Of a stretch of 64,000 nt of DNA, positions 1 through 15,849 are shown one piece after another. Position numbers and translations under genes: made by a program. The notes below the pieces were generated by a model. That model was given only the letters and a program-made list of their open reading frames with translations. It was not told the DNA's origin and made no database searches. Within the stretch, counting starts at the first letter, position 1. Each line of letters begins with the position of its first letter. Origin of the DNA: the human T2T-CHM13v2.0 reference genome, Homo sapiens; the NCBI RefSeq assembly GCF_009914755.1, contig NC_060936.1; one strand, 5' to 3'.

Positions 1-131
1 GGAGGCTGAGGCAGAAAATTCCTTGAACATCGGAGGCGGAGGTTGCAATGAGCCGAGATCACGCCATTGCACTCCAGCCTGGGTAACAAGGTGGTGAGAC
101 TCAGTCTCAAAAAAAAAAAAAAAAAAAAAAA
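1..131 (+). mobile_element. Alu, 3' part of right monomer plus poly(A); cut by window edge
   Basis: ggaggctgaggcag...gagccgagatcacgccattgcactccagcctggg followed by an A-run. Confidence 0.95.
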
Positions 132-442
132 GGGGGGGCGAAAAATTATTTGAAGTGTAATAATGGCCACAAACTTCACAAATTTAATGAACAACATTAA
201 ATATATAATCAAGAAGCTCAACAAACCACAAGTATGATAAACAAAAGAAATCCACATCCAGAAACATAATCATCAAGTTATTAAAAGCTAAAGACCAAGA
301 GATAATTTTAAAAGCACCAAGAGGAAAATAACTCAAATAAAACACAACCACATTAAGTTTAACAGCAGAATCCTCATCAGAAATAAAAAGGCCAGAAGCA
401 GCAGGATAGGACAATGGACATTTATGAAAGTAAATAAAAAAG

Positions 443-446
<4 letters not shown>

Positions 447-488
<42 letters not shown>
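447..488. repeat. (TG)21 microsatellite
   Basis: Perfect TG run; source of the HTHTHT ORF. Confidence 0.98.
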
Positions 489-489
<1 letters not shown>

Positions 490-525
490 CATTGCTTCTC
501 TTAAGTGATTTAAAAGACAACTGCC

Positions 526-940
526 TGCTACGTGATCTCACTTATATGTAGTATCTTTAAAAAAATGAATGCTTAGAAGCAGGGAGTAAAACTGTGGTTA
601 CCAATGGTGAAGGGGGTTGAAAGAATTGAGGAGATTTTGACCAAAGAGTATAACTTTGCAGTTACAAGATAAATAAGTTCTAGATACCTAGTATACAACA
701 TGGTCACTATAGTTAATAATAATGTACAATATACTTAAATTTTCCTAAGAGAGTGGATATTAAGTATTCTTACCACAAGAAGGGTAATAATCTGAGGTGA
801 TAGATATGTTAACTAGCTGGATTGTGGTAATCATTTCATAATGTATACATATATCAAAAATCACACTGTACACCTAGAATATATTCAATTTTTATTTGTC
901 AGTTATACCTCAGTAAAGCTTAACAACAATTAATAAAAGA
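526..940 (+). mobile_element. 5'-truncated L1 3'UTR fragment (L1MA9/L1MB-like) nested in the older L1
   Basis: tgatctcacttatatg...gtcactatagttaataataatg...gttatacctcagtaaagct followed by an A-rich tail. Confidence 0.8.
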
Positions 941-2404
941 GTCTTTTACTTTAAAAAAGTCTTTTACTTTAAAAAATTGTCTTTAAAAAAGACAATTACA
1001 TAAAGCAATAATTATAATACTATACAATAATCAAAGTGCTACAGAAAAAAACTCAACTGTTAATCAAGAATTTTACATATAGCAAAGCTATCCTTCAAAA
1101 ATTGAAGGAGAAACAAAGGTGTTTCCAGGTGAACAAATAATGAGAGAGTACTGTTATATTGCTATACCTTCCTTATAATAAATACTAAAGAAAGTCCTTT
1201 GGTCTAAAAGAAAATGATACCAGCTGGCAACTTGATTCCACTTAAAGAAATAAAGAATGCTATAAAGATAATATAAACACATTTATTTTCTAATATCATC
1301 TCTTAAAGGGTTTATAAAAGATAATTACATAAAATAATTATAAACCTGTATTTTTGGGCTCATAGCATATGAAGATGTCTTATACATGCATGTTGTGTAT
1401 TATATATCTATTAGCATAATACATATGTATATTATATAATACATAAATATCATATATATACTAGCAAAAAGGAGGTGGAGAGAATGGAGCTATAATGGAG
1501 CAAGAAAATTAGAACAGATAAGAAGTTGGTAACTTCGATCCGCAGAAAGAAATGAAGAGTGAAAGAAAAGGTAAATATGTGGGTTAATATTTTAAAAACT
1601 AAATATATTTTCATCCTTTTCTCTCCAAACTGTTTTAACAGGTATAAGATTGTACACAAAGCAATAATTATAACATTGTATTTCTTAGTATATATGTAAA
1701 TATATACTGTAATAATAGCACAAGTGGGGGAAAGATTGAACTATATTGAAGAAAAGTCTCTATATTTTAAAAAAATTAGGTTAGTATCCAACTGATCTAC
1801 ATTGTGATAATTAGAAATGCATTTGTAATCTCTACAACACCACTAATAATTAACTGTGTTTGTGTATTTCAGTGTTTGTGTGTAGTAAGTAAAGGAATTA
1901 AAATAAGACTAGACAATATTCATTACAAAGAAAGCAATAAAGGAGGACTTGAAGAACAGGCATAAGATACATAGAAAACAAATGGAAATGGCAGGTGTAT
2001 ATCCAACCCTATAATAACTGCATTAAATACAAATGCATGAAATACTGTAATCAAAAGGGAGAGACTGTAATGCAAGATTTTTTTAAAAAAAGATTTAATT
2101 ATATGCTGACTGTAAGAAATACGCTTTGAAGACACAAATAGGTTGAAAGCAAAATGATGGAAAAGATATATCGTGCATACAGAAATCCTAAAAGAGTTAG
2201 GAATTAGACAGGATATACAAGAATTGAACAATATTATCAAACATTTGACCTAACTAAAATCTATAGAATGCTTCTTCCAGCAGAATACATACTATTTTCA
2301 AGAATACATGGAGCATTCTCCATGATACATCATATGGTAAGCCATAAAAAAAGTTTTCATGATGGCACAAGATTTGAAATCATAGAGAGTATGATTTAAA
2401 CTAG

Positions 2405-2711
<307 letters not shown>

Positions 2712-2858
2712 TAAATCTAAATGGATTTAAATTATCAATAAATAACAAAAGAAAGTTTAAAAAAATCAGTAAATATTTGGAAATTAAAAACACATTTCTA
2801 AATAACCCATAGGTCAAAGAAAATAATCACAGAGAAAATTAGAAAACAGTGTGAGCTA

Positions 2859-3304
2859 GGCTGGGTGCAATGGCTCATACTTGTAATCCGAGTACTTTGA
2901 GAGGCAAAAGCAAGGTCAGGAGTTCAAGACTAGTCTAGGCAACACAGTGAGACCCCATCTCTACAAAAAAATTTTTAAAAATGCATTTGTAATCTGTACA
3001 CCACTAATAATTAACTGTATTTGTGTATTTGTGTGTTTGTGTGAAGTAAATAAAGGAATTAAAATAAGAATAGACAATATTTATCACAAAGAAAGCAATA
3101 CAGGAGGACTTGAAGAACAGACATAAGATGCAGGTATGGGGGTGCACACCTGTAGTCACAGTTACTTGGGAGGCTGAGGTGGGATGACCACTGGAGCCCA
3201 TGAGTTCAAAGTTGCAGTAAGCTATGATCACATCATTGTACCCTAGCCTGGGAGACAAAGTGAAGCCCTGTCTCTAAATAAGTTAAATAAATAAATAAAA
3301 AGAA
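2859..3304 (+). mobile_element. AluJ-like, interrupted by a ~150-bp copy of nearby sequence
   Basis: Left monomer 2859-2978, right monomer from ~3130; 18-bp TSD agaaaa(c/t)agtgtgagcta at 2841-2858 and 3305-3322. Confidence 0.92.
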
Positions 3305-6300
3305 AGAAAATAGTGTGAGCTAAATGAAAATAACAAAAAATGAAATTCATTGGATACAGCTAAAGTAGTGCTTTGGGAAAATATATAGCTTTAAGCACTA
3401 TAGTAGAAAATAAAAAAAGTTCTCAAATCAATGACTTCAGTTTGCATGTTTAGAAAGAAAAGAAGAAAATCAAATTAACTCAAAGCAAGAAGAAGGCAGG
3501 AAATAAGAAAGATCAGATTAGAGTGGAAATCAGCAAAATAGAGAATAGTAAAACAAGAGAGAAAAAATCAATGAAACGTCAGTTGGTTCTTTAAAAAGAT
3601 CAATAAAATTGACAAACCTTTAGCTAGACTGACCAAAAAACAAAAAAAGTGAAAAAAACCTATATTACCAAATGAAGGATGAAAGGAGAAACATCACCAC
3701 TGACCTTATAGAAATACAAAGATGTATAAAGGCATTCATTGAAAAACGTGATGCTAACAAATTAGACAATTTAGATGATGAAAGCGAAAAATTCTGAAAA
3801 AGACACAAATGATCAAAAAGTGGATCAAGAAGAAACAGAAAATCTAAATCTACCCAGAATTATTTTAAAAATTGAATTAGTAATTTTCTTACACATTATA
3901 AAATCAACTTGTAAGTTTCTTCCAAAAAAAAACCTGCTGGCATTTTTATAGGGAGTATGTTTAATATTTCCACAAAAATACTTTATAGGGAGTATGTTTA
4001 ATATTTCCACAATGCAAAGCCCAGCACCAGATAGCTTCACTGGTAAGTTTTATCATTTAGAGAGGAAACAGTACCAGTTCTTCATAAACTCTTACAAAAA
4101 ATAGAAGACTAAGGATCAATTAACAATTTATTTTATGAAGTCAGTATTACCTGGGTACCAAAGTCAGATAAAAACATCATAAGAAAAGAAAACTACATTA
4201 CAAATATTCATCATGTATATAGACACAAAAATTTGAGCAATATATTAACAAACTGATCCAGCAACACATAGAAAGAGTTACAAGTGGAATTTATCCCAGA
4301 ATAAAGGGTTGGTTTAATATCTCTTCATCAGTTACTGTAATACACCATATTAATAGAACAATCAATGAAAATTGACTATCACAATGAAGGCAGAAAAATT
4401 TTTGACTAAACCCAACACCTATTCATGGTAGAAATTCTCAACTAACAAGGATCAGAAGAAAACTGTCTTAACACTATAAAGAACATCTGTAAAATGAAAC
4501 AGCTAATATCATACTTAACAGTAAAAGACAGAATGTTTTTCCCCTAAGATCAGGAACAAGGTAAGGCTGTTTGCTCGCATGATTTCCATTTAACATTGTA
4601 CTGGAGGTTCTAGCCAGTATAATGAGTTAAGAAAAATAAATAAAAGTCATCCATCTTACTGGAAAGTAAGATGTAAAACTGTCTTTCTTCTCGGGGTGTT
4701 TGATCCTATATGCAGAAAATCTGCAGAAACCCACAAAAACTGCAAAGCTGATGAATGAGTTCAGCAAGATTGCCAAATACAAGATCAATAAACAAAAATC
4801 AATTATACTTCTATATACTAGCAATGAATAATATAAAAATGAAATAAGAAAATAATTTCATTAACAATTGCATCAAAAAGAATAAAACATTAAGAACTTT
4901 AACAAAAGTCGTACAAGACTTGTATGCTGAAAACTACCAAATCACTGAGAGAAATTAAAGAACCAAATAAAGGAAATGATATTCCATGTTCATAGACTGT
5001 AAAACTCAGTATGTTAAGATGGAAATTATCCCTAGATATGCCTACATATTAAACATACTCCCTATAAAAATGCCAGCAGGTTTTTTTTTTGGAAAAAACT
5101 TACAAGTTGATTTTATAATTTACAATAAGAAAAGGAGAGAGAATGGCAAAATAACTTTGAAAAGGAAGAATGAAATTGGAGGTCATACACTTTTTTATTT
5201 CAAAGTACAATATAAAGCTACAGTGATCAAGACAGTTTGGAACTGTCATAAGATGAGATATGTAAGTCGCTAGAACGGAACTGAGAATCCTACCATCAAC
5301 CCTTACATTTACAGTCAATTGATTTATTTTTGCACTAAGGTGCCAAAGCAATTTAAATGAGAAAGGACAGTCTTTTTAACAAGTTGTGCTGCAACAATTA
5401 GATATCCATGAGCCAAAAGATAAATTCAGATGCTGACCTCTCACCATAAACAAAAGATGCTCAAAATTGATCACAGACCTGAATGTAAAAACTACATCTA
5501 GAAATGTTTAGAAGAAAACAGAAAAAAAAAAAATCTTCCTGGTCTTAAAGCATGACACACACGCACATAAAAACAACTGATAAACTGAATTATATCAAAA
5601 TTAAAAACTTTTGTTTCTCAAAAAAAAAACACAAGCATATGAAAATGTAAGCCATTGACAAAGAAAATATTTTAAAATAATATTTAAGAGAAAGTACTTG
5701 AATCCCAGATGAAGAACTCTTAAAACTCAATAAAAGAAACAGCTCAATTAAAAATTCACTAGAGATATGAACAGACATTTCATCAAAGAAGATGCACAAG
5801 GAATAGCTATATACATATAAAAAGATGATCAGAAACATTACTCTTTAGGGAAATGCAAATTAAAACCATGATGAGATATCACTACACACTCACAATGGTG
5901 GCCATATTTTAAGAAGACAGACAATAACAAACCTTGGCTAGAATGTGGGGAAACCAGCGCCTGCATATATATTGCTGCTGGGTATGTCAAATCACGCAGC
6001 CACATTGAACAGTTTAGCAGTTTCATAAACAGTTAAAAATAAATTTACCACAAAATCTAGCAATTCCACTCTTGGATATCCAAAGAAATTAAACATACGT
6101 CCACACAAATATTTGAATGTGAATGTCATAGCAGCATTAGTCACAATAGACCAAAAAAAATTGAAAAATAATCCAGATTTTCATCAATGGGTGAAAGAAT
6201 AAACAAAATGTTTATCCATTAATAAAATATTATTCAGCAATAGAAAGTAAAAAATAGCCGATGCATGCTAAAACTTGGAGTGAACTCAAAAATATTACCC

Positions 6301-6759
6301 TAAGCGAAAGAAGGCAAAGCCAGAAGACTACATATTGTATGATTCCAATTATATTAAATGTCCAAAAAGGCAAATCCAGAAACCTGGAACAGAGATTAAT
6401 TGCAAATGGGCATGAGGTATCTTTTTGAGGATGATGGAAATGTTCTAAATTTGTATTGTGGTGATGGTAGGTAGCACAGCTCTATAAACTTACTAAAAAA
6501 AAAAAAATCACTGAATTGTATACATAAAATTGGTGAATTCTGAAGTACGTAAATGACATTTCAATAAAGCTATTTCAAATTATTGAAGAGAAACATGACT
6601 GATCTTTAATTACATGATTATTAGAAAGGAAGCATCTATAATATAGAGCATATTTTTTAGTAAAATAGTCTGATATTTTTCTCGTTACTAAATATCAAAT
6701 TCATGGTAAAAATGCAGTCCTTTTGTTACATTTGCCCACATTCTAATGCAAGTTGTATG

Positions 6760-7058
6760 CTATCATGTTTCTGCCTCAGAGCCTTTGCATCTACAATTCT
6801 CTCTGTCTGGCATGCAGTTCCAGAATTAGTCTGACATCTCCATGACTTATTTCTTCACTAAATATGCTAACCATTTGCAACTTCATTGAAGAGGACTTCT
6901 CTGCCTAAAACAGGTCTTCTATTCTGTCTCGTCCCCTTTAGTTTATATGTTTTCCTCATGATATTTCTTTAAAATCCATTACTAAATAACAGAAGTGCTC
7001 TAGAATATTTGGCACATACTAGGAACTCGATGTAACTACTCATTGAGTGAATGAATGA
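6760..7058 (+). mobile_element. L2 3' fragment
   Basis: gcctcagagcctttgca...ggcacatactagg...gagtgaatgaatg L2 tail. Confidence 0.65.
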
Positions 7059-8157
7059 TGTCACAGATACAGCTGTCACCATGCATGACAGAACTTGAAA
7101 CTATATTTTAAAAACCTTTTTATTAAAATACAGAGAAGCTAAATATAGCAAAATGTGCATTTGTTCCACTAGCTATACCATATATTTTCCGGGCTAGGAA
7201 ATATTTACTGTATATTTATTGCAGAAGCTTTTCTTATGGAATAAAATATGGAGAAGAAAAATCCTGAAAGTAGTGCTTGAACCTTCAATCTGCACGTAGA
7301 ATAGTTTTTGCATTGATACCCAATCTTATTCATTCGTTCAGCTAGGTTTATCACTGGCTAATTTAAATAGGCTATTGATGTCAAAGGCTTTTGTAATAAT
7401 CTTCAATGGGAAAAAATTATTACTCAGACCCAGTCAGTAAATATGAAAGTTTTTGTTAGAGCATCCAGTGGTCACTCTTATGCACATAAAGAAGGTCCTC
7501 ATCTTTTCATCAGGATAGTAGAACAGAAAGAATATTAAAATACAAAGTTGTCTGGAAAAGGAAAGAGAATCTTTTAATGTACTATCTCATTAATGGTTAA
7601 ATGATTAATCCTAAGATGTTACAATAACAAAAAGCTGGGGAATATTAGTGGCAAAATGCATTTCTTCTTGTTGTCCTTACTTGTGGGGTTCCATTATCCT
7701 GAAATTCTGTTTATCATGGTCCCCTTATTTACTGCTTTCTAAGGGAGGTACAGAACTTTTTTCTGCTTCTGGTGGGTTTAGAAGCAGAAATTGAGCATAA
7801 GTCACTCAGTCCCTTTCTCTTTTTGTGTCTCGGGAGCTGGATGTTTACAGAGATCACAAGTTGTCCCTGTGTTCTGTGCCTGGACCTGTGTCACTCCTTC
7901 CAGGATTGTCTTCATCCACTCCTTCCAGGATTGGGTAGACAAATCTGCCTGATCCTGTAACTCAGTGTTAGGAAGATTCCTTGTCCATATTCTCCGATAT
8001 TACCTTTATCAGTAATAAAGGTAATCTTTTAGTCCTCACCTGTCTTATTTATTTGTATAATGGCTGTTTTAAAAAAAAATCAGACAGAAAAGATCTATTG
8101 ATTCATCCTCCTCAAATAGCCCCAAATAGGTCTTAGCTGATTGGCATTAATATCTTA

Positions 8158-8780
<623 letters not shown>

Positions 8781-9708
8781 CTTAACTGAAGAAACAGAGG
8801 CAGTAAGATTTAGGGGTTACTTAAGTCCTTAATATTCCATTATTTCTGAATTATTTTATGCTATGTCCATTTCCTTAGTTCCTAAATAGTCTCACAAAGC
8901 CTTCCTAATTAAATTTAAGAAATGAGCTGACAGAAAAAGTATATCTTCTTTGGTATTTTAAAGTATAGCTGCCACTCAATAAACCAGAAACGTCTATAGA
9001 GAGAAATAACTATAGAGACCAGGAATATCTGAAACAAGAGACTAAGATTGCTATTTTTCCAGTCTACTAATTTAGGGACAGTTTGATCCAAAACATTCGA
9101 GATAACGAGTGAAAAATGGATGAAGCTACTTTTACCAAAACACTTTTTAAGGATTTTCAGTGTACATTTTGCAGAATATTATGCCAAATAAACAACTACT
9201 CTAATATAAAGGACACATAGTATCAATTATTATCACTGTCAATCAGAGAATAAAAGCATTCTACAATGGGCCTTGACAGAACCGACTATTATGATTGTTT
9301 CTGCAACGCTGGAAATATGTAAATGAAGACACTCAAGAAGACTTTGACACAACAGGTTTAACAGATAGGGCCTAATTATGTCAGTCAGTGGAATTCAATT
9401 ACCAGGAGGCATAGATGGACATCCTAGTACAGAGCTTGGATTAAATCCACCTATATATTTTTGAGGTCTAGTTCAAAATATAAAAGAAAAAAAAATCCAA
9501 GCTCTTAATTCCCTGAGATTATTTCTTTAAGGTATTATGACCTCTATTTTAATATTAAGTAAAAGAAATTATGGACTCTTTTGGAAAATATATCATTTTC
9601 AGTATTACAATTTAAATATTCATATTTTGAATAACTTGCAGGTAAATTCCTATGTTATTAAAGAAGTTCTCTCCCAAAAGACAGATATGGCCAACACTTA
9701 ACAGGGTA

Positions 9709-10263
9709 GGTGGTAGCTAGCCTCTAAAGATGGCTCCCTAATGAACCATGCTTTCCAGTATTTATACCCCTGTGGACTCACCTCCTCTTAAGATTGTGTG
9801 TTGGCCCTGTGACTACTTTTAGTCCCATAAAATGCAGCAGAAATGATGCTGCATGACTTCCAAGGCTAGGTCATAATACATCTTGCAGCTTTTACCAATG
9901 TCTTCTGAAATGTTCACTTTGGAAGAAGTCACTTGCCCTGTAAGAGACTGCCATGCTTTGTAAGAGCTTACCATGTGAAGAGGCTGCAGGGAAAAGAAAA
10001 ATACCAAGCTTACAGCTATTACAGCCATCCCAGCAGACATGTCAGCCATATAAGCGAAGAAGCTATCTTGGATATCCAGCCCAGCCATGCCTTCAGATGA
10101 TTTCAGCCCTGCTGTGATCTGACTACAACTACATAAGAGATTCCACGTGAGACCCATCCAGTTAAACCCAATCAAACATCGGGAGCAGAAAAGAATAATA
10201 AATTGTTTGTTTAAGCCTCTGAGTGTTGGGTTGGTTTTTAATGTAGCTATAGATAAACAGAAT
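9709..10263 (+). mobile_element. MaLR solo LTR (MLT1-type)
   Basis: 5' tggtagctagcctctaaagatggctccc; 3' aataaattgtttgtttaagcctctgagtgttggg...atagataa. Confidence 0.75.
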
Positions 10264-11174
10264 TGGGTATTGTGTGGAAAGAATTCAGACTAGGTAGGAA
10301 TTAGACTTTTTGATTCTTAGGCTCCCATTCACTGCTTGTGTGGTCTTATATAATCAAAACTTATTTGCATCCTATATATTTTCAGGTGTAAAATGAACAG
10401 AGTAGACTACACTTAGATCAGATCTGAGAGCCACTGAAGAGATTCATGGGTTCTACAAATTACCTCAAATTTAGAGCAGAATCTTATGTATATATATATT
10501 AAATTTTGGAGTGACAGGCTCTATTTCAGCAGATTTTCAAGGGGTTATCAAATTACAAGAAGAGATTAAAAAGATCAGAGTATTTCTAATGCCTTTGGCT
10601 TGAAACATTCATTATTTTATGAAAGCCAAAAAGAAAATGGAAGCTTACAGATGGCCTGTGGTATTTAGTCAAGAATATTTTTATGATTAAATTTTACAAA
10701 CAGAGATATCAGGTCACATTATTTAAGAATATGTTTAAATCTGTGCTTGGTCAAAATGGTATTGGGTTCCCACCCATCCCTAATACCCTCCCCCAGAAAT
10801 TGAAACTATAAAAACCTACTAAGATACAAATTTTGAAAAATTTAAGGAGGGACAATGAACAAAGTAGAGATTTCTTGCTGGAATTATATTGTCAGTCTTG
10901 GCCTCTTGCAAAGAAGATATCTTCCAGTACCTAGCGTGTTCCCATTAGCTGGTATTTTCTTATCTTCATTCAATCACCCAAATCTAGTCCAAGCTTTGGA
11001 TTCAGTTTCCATCAGTAGAAATATAACAATTTTCATGTGTTTCTTAGCAATAAAACAATTTCTCAAAACAAGAAAATGTACTGAATAACTACAATGTGCC
11101 AGAAACTTTTCCATTTATCAATAGATTTGTCAACGTTTTCAGAGTCAAGATAAGCTTATTAATTTTTGACCTTT

Positions 11175-11305
11175 CTTGCTACTAGAATATAGTTCCACAG
11201 GGGCAAGGATCTGTGTTGGTTTTGTTTCCTCACATACCCCAAGGTGCATCTCTAGGATTATGTCTGGCATACAAAGATAATAAATATGTGTAAGATGAAT
11301 GAATA
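11175..11305 (+). mobile_element. L2 3' end
   Basis: ctagaatatagttccacaggggcaaggat...tctggcataca...gatgaatgaat. Confidence 0.65.
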
Positions 11306-11598
11306 TGTGTGTATGGAGGAAAGAAATTTGAAAAGGAAGTAACTAGCAATAACACATTGGATTGCATCCTGAGAAATCTGATCCCCGTAAGAAAAATGTT
11401 ATATAGGTAGAAACAGAAATAGGAGGTAGCAGTTGCTTTGCCTAAATTGCACATACAAGAGGCTAAACCAAAGGAACACAATCATAATCCAGGGCCAAGG
11501 AAGAAAGATAATTTACACCTTATTAAAAAATTGCCATTGCTACCAAGTGCTGTGCATTTCTTGGAGAATCTTTCTTTAAAAATTTGAATAATATTCTA

Positions 11599-11926
<328 letters not shown>

Positions 11927-13647
11927 TTAGATGCCAAAGAGACCAGTGGACTAAATCCCAAATGACAACATAATTGCTAAACACTATTTTTGTTTTAAGA
12001 AGTACATATTGGAAATATTTATTTTCTAATAAAGGGGAAATCATGACAATGATACAGCAATAAACTGAAGTAGCCTATTTAGAAAATTGCTTGTAATACA
12101 GCAGGGCTACTTACATATAGGCAGAATTGCTTATTTGCAGATTATCTACAATTAATCAAATTAAAAAAAATAGAAAACAATGTTCCTTGTCTTACAAATA
12201 ATTCACATGCGCACATGCATACACACTCATACACACACACTCAAATTTACTTTACCTAAATAGAAGTGGCCACCATGGTGATTCATATCAATGACTTGAT
12301 AATCATCTCCTATTTTTTCAGGATTGGGAAATACGTTTTATTTTACCAAAATTGTAGATGAGCCCATTGTGACTAAAATTTTCCTTATATATTTTCTTTC
12401 CTAATTCTCTCCCTTCTTTGCATCTATTCTTTCTTTTTACTTCCCCAAAAGAAGAAGATTCCATATTTTTTGTTAACAACTTTTATTTTGTAGAGTAGGA
12501 AGAGATATTAGCAGTTCTGGCCCATTTCTCAAGTTATTCCTTTGTGGTAAAAACCTCTTGTTGCTCATTCTTCTTGCTGTGCCTACAACCTGATTCAGGC
12601 TTGAGTTGACTGGAGTTAAAATCACCTTAACACTGGAGACACAGGTTAACGGCGACCATTCTAAAGTAACAATTAAGGATAGTAAAGTAATGTATCTGAA
12701 GTGAAACTTATCCCCTATTGCAGTTTATTTATTATCTTGGTCAACTTTTAAAATGACACTTATACTAGGAGTCTTCCTAAACGAATGAGTATTAACATGG
12801 AACATTTCCTCTGCCAATTGACTAACAAGAGAAAATATTATTTTCTCCTATTAATCTTTGATACAAGTGTAGAAAAAAAAGAAAAGGTTAAACTGAGATA
12901 TCTGATGTTAGAATCACACTCAGGTGAACATTTTTCCCAGGACTTCAAATTTTATTCAACAGTTAGAGGTCCATGCGTTCTTTAGCCACAGATCACTTTT
13001 GCTAACTTTTTGTAATTGCATACTAATAATTCTTCAAAAACTTACAAAATTTCATCAAATTGCTGACTTCAGCAGAAAAAAAAACAGAAATGGTAAATGT
13101 CTAGAATCTTAATTTGCAAATGGGTTATTTAGCGGACAAGTGGTTGTTTATTTTTACTTTAAGCAACTTCTTTCCATAGTAACACAGGCAACTAGAATGA
13201 AGTATGTTCCCTTGGCAAGACAGAATGAAGAAAAGTCTTGTTCATGAGGGCAGTTTCCAAGTCAACATCACAAAGGTAACTTACATCAGACATATTTTTC
13301 CACACTGGAAAGAGTCCAGAAGACATTCAGGACATGGAAATTTCATATGACACGGAAGTCCTACTGTCTACAATTTTCAATGAGATGTAAAAAGCTGATG
13401 AAATGATGGATTTGAATTTTTTTTCAAACCCATAATTCACAGTAGATAATTTTAAAGTGAAGGAAAACATTTTGTGATCAATCCTTGAATATCTCTGACT
13501 CATCCTCATAACTCCATGATTACAAAACTGTAGCCTACAAATCTAGGCTTTGTACTTGTCACCTATGGCTTAATAAATACTACCAGGTACTGCTAGATCT
13601 TGTCTGACAAACCTCCAAGGAAATCAGAATTGCTTTAGGATGAGAAA

Positions 13648-13661
13648 TCAGCAGGTGGCAC
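13648..13661 (+). promoter_or_regulatory. Candidate CTCF core site
   Basis: TCAGCAGGTGGCAC, one mismatch to CCASYAGRKGGCRS; motif only. Confidence 0.35.
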
Positions 13662-13816
13662 TCTTTCCTCTACATCCATTTTTAACCACTGTTTTAGGGC
13701 AGAATATTAGAGGTTACATCCTAAGAGGTTGATACCTAAGGTCTTGGGTGAACAGGGGTAAATCAGTGTTGAAGACAAGAGACATCACTAGCGCAATGGA
13801 GAACTACCAAACACTT

Positions 13817-13863
13817 CCTAAATCTATTCAGTAGAAGCACCCTAAATCTATTCAGTAGAAGCA
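13817..13863. repeat. Tandem duplication, 24-bp period
   Basis: cctaaatctattcagtagaagca twice. Confidence 0.95.
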
Positions 13864-15849
13864 ATAGGAACTATTGATAAATCATATTGATAAGTAGCTA
13901 TTGCCATCTCATTTGGTGATCACTTCATTCCCATGAAAGATTAATACATTTGTGGTTCAAAAATTGTGTCTTATCCAACATGAACAAAAAAAGTTTCTGC
14001 ACATACGAAATCATCTTCACATTTTATTTCCCTACCTTCACAGCATATTATCATTCAAAGCCTTTATAAAGAGATGAGGTTCTGTATGTGTCTCTAGTCA
14101 AGCTTAGAGCAGGAATTGTATGGACTGACTCTGCAGACAGATGAGAAAAAATACAATGGTGCCCTCTTAATAAGTGCACATTAGAGCTCCAATACTTTCT
14201 GTAAAGAAGGCTAGTCTGAACAGTGTTGACTTAACTGCTATAACTACTTCCCTGTATATTTACGAAACTTACTTTCTTCATAATAAAAAAGAGGTATTGA
14301 GAACATGTCCCCTCAAAACCTAAGACAGCTTAATAATTTTAATGAAAAATGTTCATTCAGAGATAAGAAGAGACCATTTCATTTGTTTATTTAAAAAGAG
14401 AATTTCTAAAACGTATCTGCATATTTAATCTGTGCCATCGCCAAGAGTAACCTGGTTTCCCAAGCTTCAAAAAGAAGCTCTAGTTTTTAATAACAATGTG
14501 AAATTTGGTGATTTGTCCTTTACACAGTAAAAAGATACTTGGAGAAGACCCTTGCGGAGGGTCTGCTATAGTGAACTAATTTGTATCTGGTCTTATTTGA
14601 GGGACTCATGGGAAAATTGCAAAACTAATCTGATTTCCTTCAGAGCTTAACAAATAGAAGACCATTTTTAAGGCTGAAGTTTGAGATATAAAGTAAGGCT
14701 TATTATTTTTATCCATAAAATATAGTAAATATTAGAACAAATTAGAATGCTATAGTTTAAATGGTTTTCATAGATTTCTAAGACCATTTATACATCCTAT
14801 TTCACATGAGATGCCCCATTTGGAGCTGCCCAAAGGGTATTGTGGAAATAAGACAAAGTACAGCTGTTCTAGATGGCTAGATGAGTGATAAACACAGAAT
14901 CAACTTGAGCTGGTATCTTCTTCCCATTTGCAAATAAGAAGAGAGAGATGGGTAATACCATTTGAAGAGAAGTGTCTATTAGTCTATTAGTGTACAGGAA
15001 CCTGAGAACCCTTCGTGACTTGTAGTTTTTATGAAAAGATTTACTTTCCTTTTATTAGCAATGGATTTCGGAAACAGAACTGATGAGGAGATGAAGCATG
15101 GATTCCACAGGGCATTTTAAAATAAGCTAGTTGCTCTTGTTTAATCAATGCACTCTATGACTGGAAAGCTCAGATAAGCCAACATTCCTCTCTTAGCGCC
15201 TCCTTTAACCGTATGTCATCACATATAACCTTCCTGGATAACTACTCATTATGCATGACGGCATACCAACCTGTGAGAATATGAGGGAGAAAGCATTATG
15301 CTCATCAGAGGCTGTGGGTTTAGCCAACCTGCCTAAAGAAGCCCTGAGATTTCTGAGCCTTTTAGCCTCTTTCAGTTCCTGCTCCATCCTCAGCCCTTTC
15401 TCTGGTGACTATGTATAAGGCAGCAAACAGCCTGGCAGCACCACACATGTCTGAACGAAATGGCCACTCTTCTAAAGACTTAAAAGTTTGATGTACAACA
15501 AATGCAACTTGAATTGAGTAGTTAATAAGCCTTGATCTTGAGTGGATTCAATAGGTTTGTTTCATCCACTGAAAAGTCAACTCATACCTTAAACATTGTG
15601 TGTTACAATAAAATGGTAGGTTTTGGGAAAGTCACTTGGAAAAAAGAGTAGAAAAGTCTAAGTTGCAGAGACAAAAACTGGACCCATAAGTAGCTTCTTA
15701 TAATCACTGATTATTTAGTATGAAATTTTAAATGACTCCTTAAATTCACAATCTGGGGGCCTTGTTCCTAATATAGACTACAGACTACAGGGTGTTGAGA
15801 AGCACAGTATATTATTTCATTAAGTGCTTTTTGGGAGAAGGGGATTTAG

